64,000 bases of DNA. It comes from Candidatus Daviesbacteria bacterium. Lineage in GTDB: Bacteria > Patescibacteriota > Microgenomatia > Daviesbacterales > UBA10151. A program made the position numbers and the translations under genes. Below, one piece after another: positions 30,377 to 38,845 of this stretch; position 1 is the stretch's first letter; the number at the start of each line of letters is the position of its first letter. The notes beneath the pieces were generated by a model. That model saw only the letters and a list, made by a program, of their open reading frames with translations. It had not been told where the DNA came from and did not search any database. Location of the stretch: contig CP066688.1 of NCBI GenBank assembly GCA_016432425.1, forward strand, positions 343,398 to 407,397, given 5' to 3'.

Positions 30377-30380
30377 ATCT

Positions 30381-32408
30381 TTATTTTACTAAAAGTTCCC
30401 GTGCAAATTGTTGATGCAAAGGTTTGCTGCGCTGGTAAGGATTATTGGGAATAGCGGGTTCACAGGCGGCTCCAATTCCCAAGCTTTGCTCTGGAAACTC
30501 TAAGTTTAAAAAATAAGTTATCGTCTCTGCATAATCTTCGCTAAGGTTATTAATTCCTCCAATGCAACTGTTCCCGTTTTGGGAATAACTAGTCAAATAA
30601 CCTTCTTGACTAATTACCGATTGCAACTCGTTTTTCTTAGCAGTTTGTGGGTAGCAGTTTTCTATAATATGGGAAAGTTCATGGATAAAGACCACCTTAA
30701 ATAACCCTTCTGAGTAAGGTTGTTTAGTAGAAGAGCTAACTCCACTCATAGTTAAAGAATTACAAGAAATTTGTTCATTAAATCCGCGATCTAGTCTTCT
30801 AATATTAATAATATTATGGTTGGGATTAACTAAGTTTAAAAATTTAGTGTTAGAGATACCCCACAACTTCTCCCAGGCCCATTTTAAGTAGTTGTAACCA
30901 AAAGCAGTATCCATGTTAATGCCGAAAGCGTTTAAAATGTCGTCATGTAATTTTTGTTGATCAGTACTAGGCGGAGGTGCGTTAACAGAAACAGGCCGAC
31001 AGTTTTGCAGGCTGTTCCATAAATCATCCCCATAGTTATATGGTCCGGCGCATCTAGTAGTACCGCTGGCTGTTTTTTCAGATGTACCATATTCCAAGCA
31101 ACCATAATATCCTTCTGCGACTCTGTTTATGATAGTCTGATCACTGGTCCAGGAAGGATTCCACTCAACAGCACCTAATTTACTTAAGATCAAACCAGCT
31201 GAGAGGATAATACTACCTCTGGGGTCACAAAAATCTGCCTGAGTAAGCTGGTCGACGGTTTTATTTAAAAAACTGGCCCCTTTTTCTACCCCGCTAGCAG
31301 AATAAGCTGCTGCCAGCCCCCAAGGTGGTTGAATTTGCATAATACCTAAAGCCCCGGTCGGGTTAATAGGACACTTCTCAGCTCCCAGAGTTGGCAGATC
31401 AGCATCAGCGACTTTGGTAACAGAAGGAGTTTCCACCCTGGCAATGGCTGCCAAAAGGGTTGATGGTACTGAAGTTAATGTTTCAGCTTCTTGGAAGTAA
31501 CTTAAAAGTAGTGGACTTTGATAACTTTCAGCTTGAGGGTTTCGATCTCCCCGATAAAACTGGCAAGAGTTAATATTGCCAATTCCGCCAGCTTCAGCTT
31601 TCTGATAAGGGGGGATGAAACTGCCGCTTTCTAAGATGTTAAAAATAAGCGGTCCTATAAAAATGACTGCCACCACAATTAAAACTGCCACCACAATGGG
31701 CCAACCTACACTGGCTACGGCTGCTCCTCCGGCCATCACTGCTCCCCTGGCTGCCCCCTGGGTTAACATGCCTCCTGCCCGGCCCGCTCCCCCCAGTCCC
31801 TGGAATAATCCTGACCCCACCCCCCGGACCAGGGAACCAGCACCTCTAAGGGTATTTTCTCCCAGCCGGCGGGTTAAAATTTGCCCATGAGAGGAAAAAT
31901 CTTTAAAACTAGAGGGTATTTCCCATTTGGGTCGGGGAATATTAGGTGGGGAGGGGGTTTGAGGAGGTGGCCCTCCCTCAGTAGGTGTTTTACTAATTTC
32001 CTGCTGGACTCTTTTTAAAGCAGCTTCTTCGACTTTCCCCTCTAGTTTATTAAGCCATTTGTTTAAATTGTCCTCTTTTTGGTCAGGATCACTTAACTTA
32101 TCCTTTAAAGCTGTTTCCAACTCTGTGGCTTGTTGTTCGTTTAAGACTGGGGGGGCAGCCGGGTTAATTAATCTTCTTAAATTTAAATCTACTTTTTTGT
32201 TGGCATACAATTTTTCTACCAGCTCATTATCTTCTTGATAAACCCGATAAGCAGGCAATAAATGGCGGACCAGGCGCAAGATAGGTTTTTTAGCAATAAA
32301 ATATCCTCTAATGACCACAAAATGGCGGTCCGGTTTTTCTTTGAATTGGTCAATGGCCCCTCGAGGCTCAAAAAGCAATCTAAAAATTCTGGCGTCTTGT
32401 TGGGCCAT
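30381..32408 (-). CDS. T4SS-associated cell-wall hydrolase: TM protein with lytic transglycosylase (SLT) domain and C-terminal HExxH metallopeptidase-like domain
   Basis: TM AVMAGGAAVASVGWPIVVAVLIVVAVIFIG; SLT-like AIARVETPS…ALGIMQIQPPWG; FIHELSHIIEN; adjacent to VirB4. Confidence 0.5.
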   Translation of the reverse strand: MAQQDARIFRLLFEPRGAIDQFKEKPDRHFVVIRGYFIAKKPILRLVRHLLPAYRVYQEDNELVEKLYANKKVDLNLRRLINPAAPPVLNEQQATELETALKDKLSDPDQKEDNLNKWLNKLEGKVEEAALKRVQQEISKTPTEGGPPPQTPSPPNIPRPKWEIPSSFKDFSSHGQILTRRLGENTLRGAGSLVRGVGSGLFQGLGGAGRAGGMLTQGAARGAVMAGGAAVASVGWPIVVAVLIVVAVIFIGPLIFNILESGSFIPPYQKAEAGGIGNINSCQFYRGDRNPQAESYQSPLLLSYFQEAETLTSVPSTLLAAIARVETPSVTKVADADLPTLGAEKCPINPTGALGIMQIQPPWGLAAAYSASGVEKGASFLNKTVDQLTQADFCDPRGSIILSAGLILSKLGAVEWNPSWTSDQTIINRVAEGYYGCLEYGTSEKTASGTTRCAGPYNYGDDLWNSLQNCRPVSVNAPPPSTDQQKLHDDILNAFGINMDTAFGYNYLKWAWEKLWGISNTKFLNLVNPNHNIINIRRLDRGFNEQISCNSLTMSGVSSSTKQPYSEGLFKVVFIHELSHIIENCYPQTAKKNELQSVISQEGYLTSYSQNGNSCIGGINNLSEDYAETITYFLNLEFPEQSLGIGAACEPAIPNNPYQRSKPLHQQFARELLVK

Positions 32409-32430
32409 GGCAGTAATTTGATTCTACACT

Positions 32431-34146
32431 TTAACCTTGCTGGCGAGCAAGGATCTCGGCCGGGTTGGAGGTAATTAACTGGTGTTCCTCGGGGGAGGCC
32501 ACTACCCTCATGGCCACATGAGTATTGCCGGCAAAAAAGAGCCCCTGGCCCACTCCGGCAGCCAGCAGCAGACGCTGTTCACCTTCTGATAGATAAAAGA
32601 CTTGGGCCACTTTTTCTATTGAAGCCGGGGCTTGTTTTAGTAGTACCTGGATGGAGGAGTTGGAGATAATTTCTTTGCCCCGGTCAGTCCCCAAAAAATC
32701 TTCCACATCCTGGGTAATGGTGGTCAGCCCCAAATAATATTTGCGGGCCCTTTTGGCCATATCGACCAAGAAATCAGCGCTATCTTGGTTTTGCATTAAA
32801 TACCAGGCCTCATCCACCACCAAAAGGCGTTTTTTGAGTTTAGAGCGCACTTTGGTCCAGATGTACTCCAAAATAATATACATGGCCAAAGGACGCAGTT
32901 GGTCAGGCAGGTCACGCAGGGAAAAGACAGTAAAAGAGTTGCTGATATCAATATTGGAGGGTTGAGAAAAAATACCTGCCAAGGATCCTTTGACAAAGCG
33001 TTCCAGCCGGGCAGAGAGACTGGTGGCAATAGCATCTTCCATACCCATTAAAACTTTGTATAAATCTTCCATTAGAGGGGCGGGGCGGTTTTGGGTTTTG
33101 GGGTCATCAGTAATACCAAAACTGGCATAAGTTTGTTTTAAGCTTCTGTCTAAGATGGCTGCCTCTTGGGGGGAGAGTTGCCCTAAAACCAGTTTTAAAA
33201 AGCCAGTCAAAGACAAAATTTTTCGTCCCAACTCATTTTCTCCTGGATCGCCACTTAAAGATAGGTCAAAAGGGTTGATTTTAACTGCTGAATTAACTGA
33301 AAAGTTTAGATATTCTCCGCCAATAGCTTTGCACAAATTTAAATATTCCTGCTCCGGGTCAATCACCAAAATTTCCGTGCCAAACATTAAAGAACGCAAG
33401 GCTTCCAGCTTAACAAAATACGACTTCCCTGCTCCGGATTTGGCAAAAACTACCGAGTTGGCATTTTCCAAAGAAAAACGGTCGAATAAAATTAATGAAT
33501 CATTGTGTTCGTTAATCCCATACATAATGCCACTGTTGGAAGTTAACTCTGAGGAGGCAAAAGGAAACATGGAAGCCAGTGAAGTAGTGTCCATATTATG
33601 AGTAAAATTAAGCAAATCTTCCCCTAAAGGGAGGCTGGATTTAAAACCTGCCTCCATTTGCAGGGTGGTGGGTCTGGCCGTCATCGACAAAGAGGCCAGA
33701 GTAGATTCTACCAGTTTAGAGGTATTAGCTAACTCTTCTTTATTGTCCGTGGGCAGGGTGACATAAAGGGAATACTGGAAAAACCGCTCGGTGCCCCGCA
33801 CCAATTGATCTTGTAGGGCCCGGGCATCTTCTAAGGCCACTTCCACCGCCGGGTTAACTTGCTGCCCCCGTTCTAAGTCAGTTTGGATGGTGGCTTCCAT
33901 TTCAGCAATTTTCCTTTTTAGATCATTTAAGACTCCACTGGGCTGTTGTGGATAAATAAACATGGATAGATACAGCGAGTGGTCAAAAGAAATGACTGGT
34001 TCCAGCCAATTTAAGTCGACAAATCTGGGGTAAGCAGACACAAAATAGGTGCGATAAAAGGTTTGGTTAATCCGTAAATGGTTAAAATCCACCTCCATTT
34101 CCGCCGGGGCAATCAAATCAACTAAATTTAAATTATGGGGGTTCAT
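32431..34146 (-). CDS. type IV secretion ATPase VirB4/TrbE/PrgJ family (C-terminal ATPase portion)
   Basis: Walker A VVFAKSGAGKSYFVK, Walker B LLVVDEAWYLM, GLTTITQ; overall VirB4-like pattern. Confidence 0.75.
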   Translation of the reverse strand: MNPHNLNLVDLIAPAEMEVDFNHLRINQTFYRTYFVSAYPRFVDLNWLEPVISFDHSLYLSMFIYPQQPSGVLNDLKRKIAEMEATIQTDLERGQQVNPAVEVALEDARALQDQLVRGTERFFQYSLYVTLPTDNKEELANTSKLVESTLASLSMTARPTTLQMEAGFKSSLPLGEDLLNFTHNMDTTSLASMFPFASSELTSNSGIMYGINEHNDSLILFDRFSLENANSVVFAKSGAGKSYFVKLEALRSLMFGTEILVIDPEQEYLNLCKAIGGEYLNFSVNSAVKINPFDLSLSGDPGENELGRKILSLTGFLKLVLGQLSPQEAAILDRSLKQTYASFGITDDPKTQNRPAPLMEDLYKVLMGMEDAIATSLSARLERFVKGSLAGIFSQPSNIDISNSFTVFSLRDLPDQLRPLAMYIILEYIWTKVRSKLKKRLLVVDEAWYLMQNQDSADFLVDMAKRARKYYLGLTTITQDVEDFLGTDRGKEIISNSSIQVLLKQAPASIEKVAQVFYLSEGEQRLLLAAGVGQGLFFAGNTHVAMRVVASPEEHQLITSNPAEILARQQG

Positions 34147-34889
34147 ATATTATCTCCTAACTCTTCTACGACAAAAGGATGGGTTTTGGCCCGGGCCAAA
34201 TTGGGAAAAAAATTGCTGGTCGGAGTAATTGGAATGGGAGTTGGCTTTGGCTGGGTGGGAAAGGGAGTAGCAGCTACTTGGGGAGCTGCTAATTTAACAG
34301 GGGGAACCTGCACCGGAGTAACTATTTTAGTACTAATAGTTTGGTTATAGATATTAAAAAATAATTTGACCAGCTGGGCATTTTTCAACTGCTCTGCCTT
34401 GATGCCGGCCCGGGAGAGCTGGCGGATAATTTGATCGCGCCGGGGTAAAATAATGGCCTTAATTTTAGGCAACTGAGATAGGGAGTTAGGTTTTAAAGAC
34501 AGCCCCAGTTCCAGCGAGGAAACATTGATGGCAATATAGAAATTTTTATCCAACACTTCGTTTTCTTTGATGGTTTGTTGAATAAAATTGCGGTAGCGGG
34601 TCATCATAGCAGAAAGCAGAGGATTGTTTTGTAGTTTTTGGGCGCTATCCAATAAAGTTAAATATGAGCTAATATCTAACTTGATTGACTGGATAATAAT
34701 TTGGATGGGAAAAGATAAAGAGTTGAGCAGTTGGGCAAAGCTGTCGACAATGGCCAGTTGTTCTTTTTGGGAAAGCAGCCCAAAATTGACTGCCCCCACT
34801 TTTAATACTAAGGTGGCACCGCCGTCTTTTAAAAGTAGTAAGTCGCTGTTGATATCTTGAACTGTTAAGCTATTTTGAGTTTTGGTCAT
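34143..34889 (-). CDS. hypothetical protein, possibly detached N-terminal domain of VirB4 (ATGA overlap with downstream ATPase), Pro/Thr-rich tail
   Basis: 248 aa + 571 aa roughly equals typical VirB4 length; 4-nt overlap; no motif of its own. Confidence 0.3.
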   Translation of the reverse strand: MTKTQNSLTVQDINSDLLLLKDGGATLVLKVGAVNFGLLSQKEQLAIVDSFAQLLNSLSFPIQIIIQSIKLDISSYLTLLDSAQKLQNNPLLSAMMTRYRNFIQQTIKENEVLDKNFYIAINVSSLELGLSLKPNSLSQLPKIKAIILPRRDQIIRQLSRAGIKAEQLKNAQLVKLFFNIYNQTISTKIVTPVQVPPVKLAAPQVAATPFPTQPKPTPIPITPTSNFFPNLARAKTHPFVVEELGDNI

Positions 34890-35743
34890 ATTAATTTTTT
34901 AGCTGATACCGTTAAAGGTGATAAGGTCGTACCTTTTAAATTAATCTGAATTTTGTCAAAGGATAAACTCTCTTTTTCCAACTCAATCAGATAAGTACCA
35001 TTGGGTAGGGGGGTGGAACCGGAAAACTGGCCCAATTTGTTAGTTTTTAAGGCTCGAACAGGCAGCCCTGTTTTGTCGTAAATAATCACTACCACTCCTT
35101 CTAAATAATTGCCGGCTGCATCGGTAATAATGCCATTGATCACATTTGGTATGGTGGTCAGCACTAACTGGCCGGGTTTGATTTTACTAGCCGGGACCAC
35201 TTTAATAGGTTCATTTTTAACCATTGGTGGAAGATCCACTGGAGTTGGAGTAGGAGTGGGGGTAACTGGTGGAGTCGGGGTCACAACTGGCGCAGCAGTA
35301 GGAGTGGGCTGAGCAGGGATGATAGTAGCAGTTTGGGTGGGAGGGGTGATTTTGGCAATCACCGGTGGAGTAGCTGTTTCTAGGCTGGCCACCACTTGAG
35401 AAATAATGGACCCGCGCTGGCTAAAAAGGGCCGTTTGCTCCCAGGAATGGTCATTTTTGGACCATACCCACTGAGTAGGAGAATAAACTGCTTTTAAGAA
35501 AGCTTTCACCCAATAATCCAGCGGGCGGTCGGCAATGGGCATAAAAGCCAGCGCGACCCCCACCAGAGCAAAAAAGGTAATCAGCGGCCAGGCTAAAAAT
35601 CCCAGAATAGGAAGCAAAAAGACAAAGATTAAATAAGCTGTTCCCATTCCGAAAGATAAGTATAAAAACTGTTTTAAAGTCATGTCCCCCACTAATCTAA
35701 ATTCAAAAGCAGTGACGTTTTGTGGGATAGGATGGGCTTCCAT
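34886..35743 (-). CDS. VirB3/PrgI-like 2-TM protein fused to Pro/Thr linker and CnaB/carboxypeptidase-regulatory-like beta domain
   Basis: N-terminal YLSFGMGTAYLIFVFLLPILGFLAWPLITFFALVGVALAF; linker TPTPPVTPTPTPTPV; C-terminal GIITDAAGNYLEGVVVIIYDKTGLPV…GTYLIEL. Confidence 0.4.
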   Translation of the reverse strand: MEAHPIPQNVTAFEFRLVGDMTLKQFLYLSFGMGTAYLIFVFLLPILGFLAWPLITFFALVGVALAFMPIADRPLDYWVKAFLKAVYSPTQWVWSKNDHSWEQTALFSQRGSIISQVVASLETATPPVIAKITPPTQTATIIPAQPTPTAAPVVTPTPPVTPTPTPTPVDLPPMVKNEPIKVVPASKIKPGQLVLTTIPNVINGIITDAAGNYLEGVVVIIYDKTGLPVRALKTNKLGQFSGSTPLPNGTYLIELEKESLSFDKIQINLKGTTLSPLTVSAKKLI

Positions 35744-35919
35744 TTAAGAAGGATCATATAGTGTGAAAAAAATGTATGCAAGGGTTTAAAAGTGGATCAT
35801 TTTGGAGCAAACCTATATGAATTTCCTCCTTGCCAATACTAAATATTGAGTGTACATTAAAGGCGTGGTGTATCGTCCTGAGTACTTAAGGGAAATCGAA
35901 GTATCGAAGGGGAAGATAC

Positions 35920-36058
35920 AAAAAAGGGAATGGGGTGCCTCGCCTCGCTGAGCGGGCGAAGCGGGAAATCCCCAACTGTGCCGCAACGGTGATTCTGAAA
36001 AGATAAGTCCGGAGACCGACCACTCCGCCAGCTGGCGGATCAATCCCGAGCCAGGAAA
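35920..36058 (-). ncRNA. candidate structured GC-rich RNA with terminator-like 3' end (unclassified)
   Basis: GC-rich island in AT-rich DNA; perfect palindrome ccgccagctggcgg; nested hairpins cgcc-tcgctgagcg-ggcg enclosed by gggg…cccc followed on minus strand by UUUUUU (forward A-run 35920-35925). Confidence 0.3.
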
Positions 36059-36961
36059 ATGATTACTCAAGAACAAGAATGTATACAATTTATCGCTAAT
36101 TGGAGGAAAGCATCTCCCCAAAATCGTCCTCAAATAGTCCAAGAAATCGCTTCGTGGCATCGGGAAAGTAATCGCCAAATTGCCAAAGGAATAGATTTTT
36201 ATTGGTACGAGGTGGATGAGGAAGGTGATTTTGTCTCCCCAACCAATGGTGAAAAAATCACCGCCAGTATTAATCAAGAGTGCGGTTTGGGACAGATAGA
36301 AACTGGGGTAGTAAAGGAGTTGCAAAGACAAAAAAAATTAGGCGAGGAGCTTTTTATCTGGATTAGTCCGCCATACCCAAATACCTATGTTGATTTAAAA
36401 TTGACTATTACCAATCGGGTAGTTGATAAAGGGAGGGAGTGTTTTGCCAATAGGGCCATCCTTTTTGACTGTGATGAAACGCAAAGCTTGCAGTTGGCTC
36501 GAAAGGTTGCTGAAATCAGTAAAAACCGGCCACTTTTGTCCTCACTGGAGGAAATTAGACGAACTCCGCTAGTGTTAGATCGCAGTTTAGATTGGATAGA
36601 AGTTTTAACCAAAATAACTGGTGATAGTAAGTTGGGAGAAATTATTAACAGTGGAGAAGACCAACAAGCTAAAACTGAAGCAGTGAAGCAGGCTAGTCAG
36701 TTTTATGATGATTTATTGGGGGAGCCAACAATAGAATTGAAGGTAGAAAATATAAATTTTGCCCGCGATTATGGCTTGGGGGATAGTTTAAGCTCTTGTC
36801 CGGTGATTATGGGTGGTTTAACAGCCCCAGAAAACTCTTTTTCTTGCCCCAAATGTCACAGACCAATTCCTTATGGTAGAGGAATGACAGTTTGCCCTAA
36901 TAAAGACTCTTTTGGTAATAGATGTGGAGCTAAAAAAGAAGACTACGGAAATTGTAATTAA
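36059..36961 (+). CDS. hypothetical protein with C-terminal Cys-rich zinc-ribbon-like tail
   Basis: …SCPVIMGG…CPKCHRPIPYGRGMTVCPNKDSFGNRCGAKKEDYGNCN; no other motif. Confidence 0.35.
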   Translation: MITQEQECIQFIANWRKASPQNRPQIVQEIASWHRESNRQIAKGIDFYWYEVDEEGDFVSPTNGEKITASINQECGLGQIETGVVKELQRQKKLGEELFIWISPPYPNTYVDLKLTITNRVVDKGRECFANRAILFDCDETQSLQLARKVAEISKNRPLLSSLEEIRRTPLVLDRSLDWIEVLTKITGDSKLGEIINSGEDQQAKTEAVKQASQFYDDLLGEPTIELKVENINFARDYGLGDSLSSCPVIMGGLTAPENSFSCPKCHRPIPYGRGMTVCPNKDSFGNRCGAKKEDYGNCN

Positions 36962-36997
36962 TTTGATTTTAAATTTTTAGAGGTTTAAACTTAACTT

Positions 36998-38839
36998 ATG
37001 AGCGAAACTGATCCTTTGATAGAGCAGGAGTTGGGTTCAACAGTGATGGTAGCTGAGAAACCAGAGACACTTAAATCTCAACCTCTTAACCCTTATTCCA
37101 AGCAGCATATTTTTCCAGAAGAATATGCAGAAGAATATGCAAAAGATCATTTTTTGCCTCCTCCTGAGACAAAAGAGAATCATCAATTTGACTTTACAGA
37201 AATGGTGAGAAAGCTAATAACTCAAAAGACTTATCCTATTAGAGGAATTTCTCCTGACTTTAATCCCGCAAAAGCGAGCTTTTATAAAATTGAGCGTCAT
37301 GGTAGTGGCGGATTGGGAGCTAATCTGGTTAATGATCAAGGGGAGACAGTGGCGGTGATGCCTTTTTGGACTGAGGAATACAGTGACCAAGAAAAATACA
37401 TCATTAAACCAGATGGTCCTTATGATGTTCATTATGATCAAAGTGGCCGAGAAGTGATGCGGCTTCTGCGCCAAGAGGGAGGGGCAGGAGTAGTACCTGA
37501 TCCAGAGCCAGCAGATGTGGTGAGCTCAGATGCCGCGAGGGCCTGGTTAGAAAGACAGCTGAGATCTTATGAAGGGTTAGGGAGTGAAATAGATATGTCG
37601 ATAGTGAGCAGTTTGCTGTCTACTATTTCCGGAAGAATTCCTGATGCTTTGGGGGTGAAGAGGGAGTTATTAATCAGAACCCGGGCTCGTATTTTTTATC
37701 ATAATGCTGCTATTAGAGCCAGATTCAGATTAGGGGACTTAATGGAGGTATTTGGACAATTGCAGCTGCCAGAACACCAAGAGATTTTGGGTACCCCCGG
37801 CGTTAGGGAATCGATAGTAGCTTTAATAAACAATGATGGTGAGTTTTTTAGATTAGGTGGTGCAGCAGCTGATGCAGAGAGGACTAATATTAAAAACAAT
37901 CTTCAGGTTGGATTGGGTCTGGCTCCAGATAGAGCAATTTTAGCTTTGGAACTCGCCGAGAAATTTGCCCAAATGACTGGTGAAGCCAGTTACTATGATG
38001 GTATCAGGGATTTAACTGGTAATTGGCAACATTTTGAGGTCGGGGCAACCGGAGAAACAGACTATCAGGCTTATGCTGATTATTTAGCCGAGCATTGGGA
38101 CGATATTGACCAGGCTAATTCCTTACAAGGGCAAGGTTCAGCTAACATGCGAAGGGCCTTTTTTTATCCAGTTTTTTTACAAAAACCTGCTACTGATAAT
38201 AGGGGTCGGGCTGAATATTTAAGGAGATATGCTTATTTGTGGGTAAATTCAGCCGTACATTTTCGCAATCCTGCTTTCAATGCAGAAATGAATTTGTTAG
38301 ATTTCGCCGATCATATTGACAGTCAGTGGATAAAATGGATTGTTTGGGCCGGGAAAGTCTCTAAAGCTCATGGTAATGCCGGCCAATTAAATGAAAAAGG
38401 AGCAGAAAGTATTTTAAATGTACCCTTAATCGAGCCTAATAACTTAAAACAAGACACAAGTGAACAAACTATCAATGGAGTGATGGATAACTACAAAAAG
38501 GCTATTGCCGTTTTTGGCCACCTTAATTATCCTGAAGAAGTTCAGCGGTCCATGACCCATCTATTAAGAGGGGTGATGGAATATGTATCCGAAAGACATA
38601 TTAATCAAGCCCGGGCAGAAGGTTTTATTACTTGGTTGGGTATCAATCAAGATCAAGTTTTTAGTGTCTTAAGATGGGCTGCTAAAATTGGTGCCGTTAC
38701 TTATGTCCAAGCAGAAGGTTTGCGCCATCAACTAGATTTGACTTTATTTAGAGTGGCGGCTGAGGCTGCGGCGCCACATTTGGGCCAAGGTATCTGGGCT
38801 GGAATCAGGGGGTTTTGGGGCGCCATTACTGGTAAATAA
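36998..38839 (+). CDS. hypothetical soluble protein (613 aa)
   Basis: Long ORF, no TM, no recognised domain. Confidence 0.35.
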   Translation: MSETDPLIEQELGSTVMVAEKPETLKSQPLNPYSKQHIFPEEYAEEYAKDHFLPPPETKENHQFDFTEMVRKLITQKTYPIRGISPDFNPAKASFYKIERHGSGGLGANLVNDQGETVAVMPFWTEEYSDQEKYIIKPDGPYDVHYDQSGREVMRLLRQEGGAGVVPDPEPADVVSSDAARAWLERQLRSYEGLGSEIDMSIVSSLLSTISGRIPDALGVKRELLIRTRARIFYHNAAIRARFRLGDLMEVFGQLQLPEHQEILGTPGVRESIVALINNDGEFFRLGGAAADAERTNIKNNLQVGLGLAPDRAILALELAEKFAQMTGEASYYDGIRDLTGNWQHFEVGATGETDYQAYADYLAEHWDDIDQANSLQGQGSANMRRAFFYPVFLQKPATDNRGRAEYLRRYAYLWVNSAVHFRNPAFNAEMNLLDFADHIDSQWIKWIVWAGKVSKAHGNAGQLNEKGAESILNVPLIEPNNLKQDTSEQTINGVMDNYKKAIAVFGHLNYPEEVQRSMTHLLRGVMEYVSERHINQARAEGFITWLGINQDQVFSVLRWAAKIGAVTYVQAEGLRHQLDLTLFRVAAEAAAPHLGQGIWAGIRGFWGAITGK

Positions 38840-38845
38840 GTTAGC

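Noticed and set aside
35109-35312. Plus-strand 67-aa Gly/Val-rich ORF
   Set aside because: Antisense to the Pro/Thr linker of the VirB3-like gene; repeat-driven artefact.
35960-36030. Possible RNase P RNA or SRP RNA (AAGUCCGG-like word, CCGCAACG-like word)
   Set aside because: Partner conserved motifs (CCGGCUUA P4 strand, GGUAACGCC, CR-II/CR-III for RNase P; GGAAGGAAGCAGC helix-8 loop for SRP RNA) are absent on either strand within a plausible distance; kept only as an unclassified candidate ncRNA.
35813-36331. 172-aa minus-strand ORF in the six-frame track
   Set aside because: Runs through the GC-rich palindromic noncoding element and antisense into the start of the 36059 gene; translation is low-complexity with no signal of selection; treated as artefact of the structured region.
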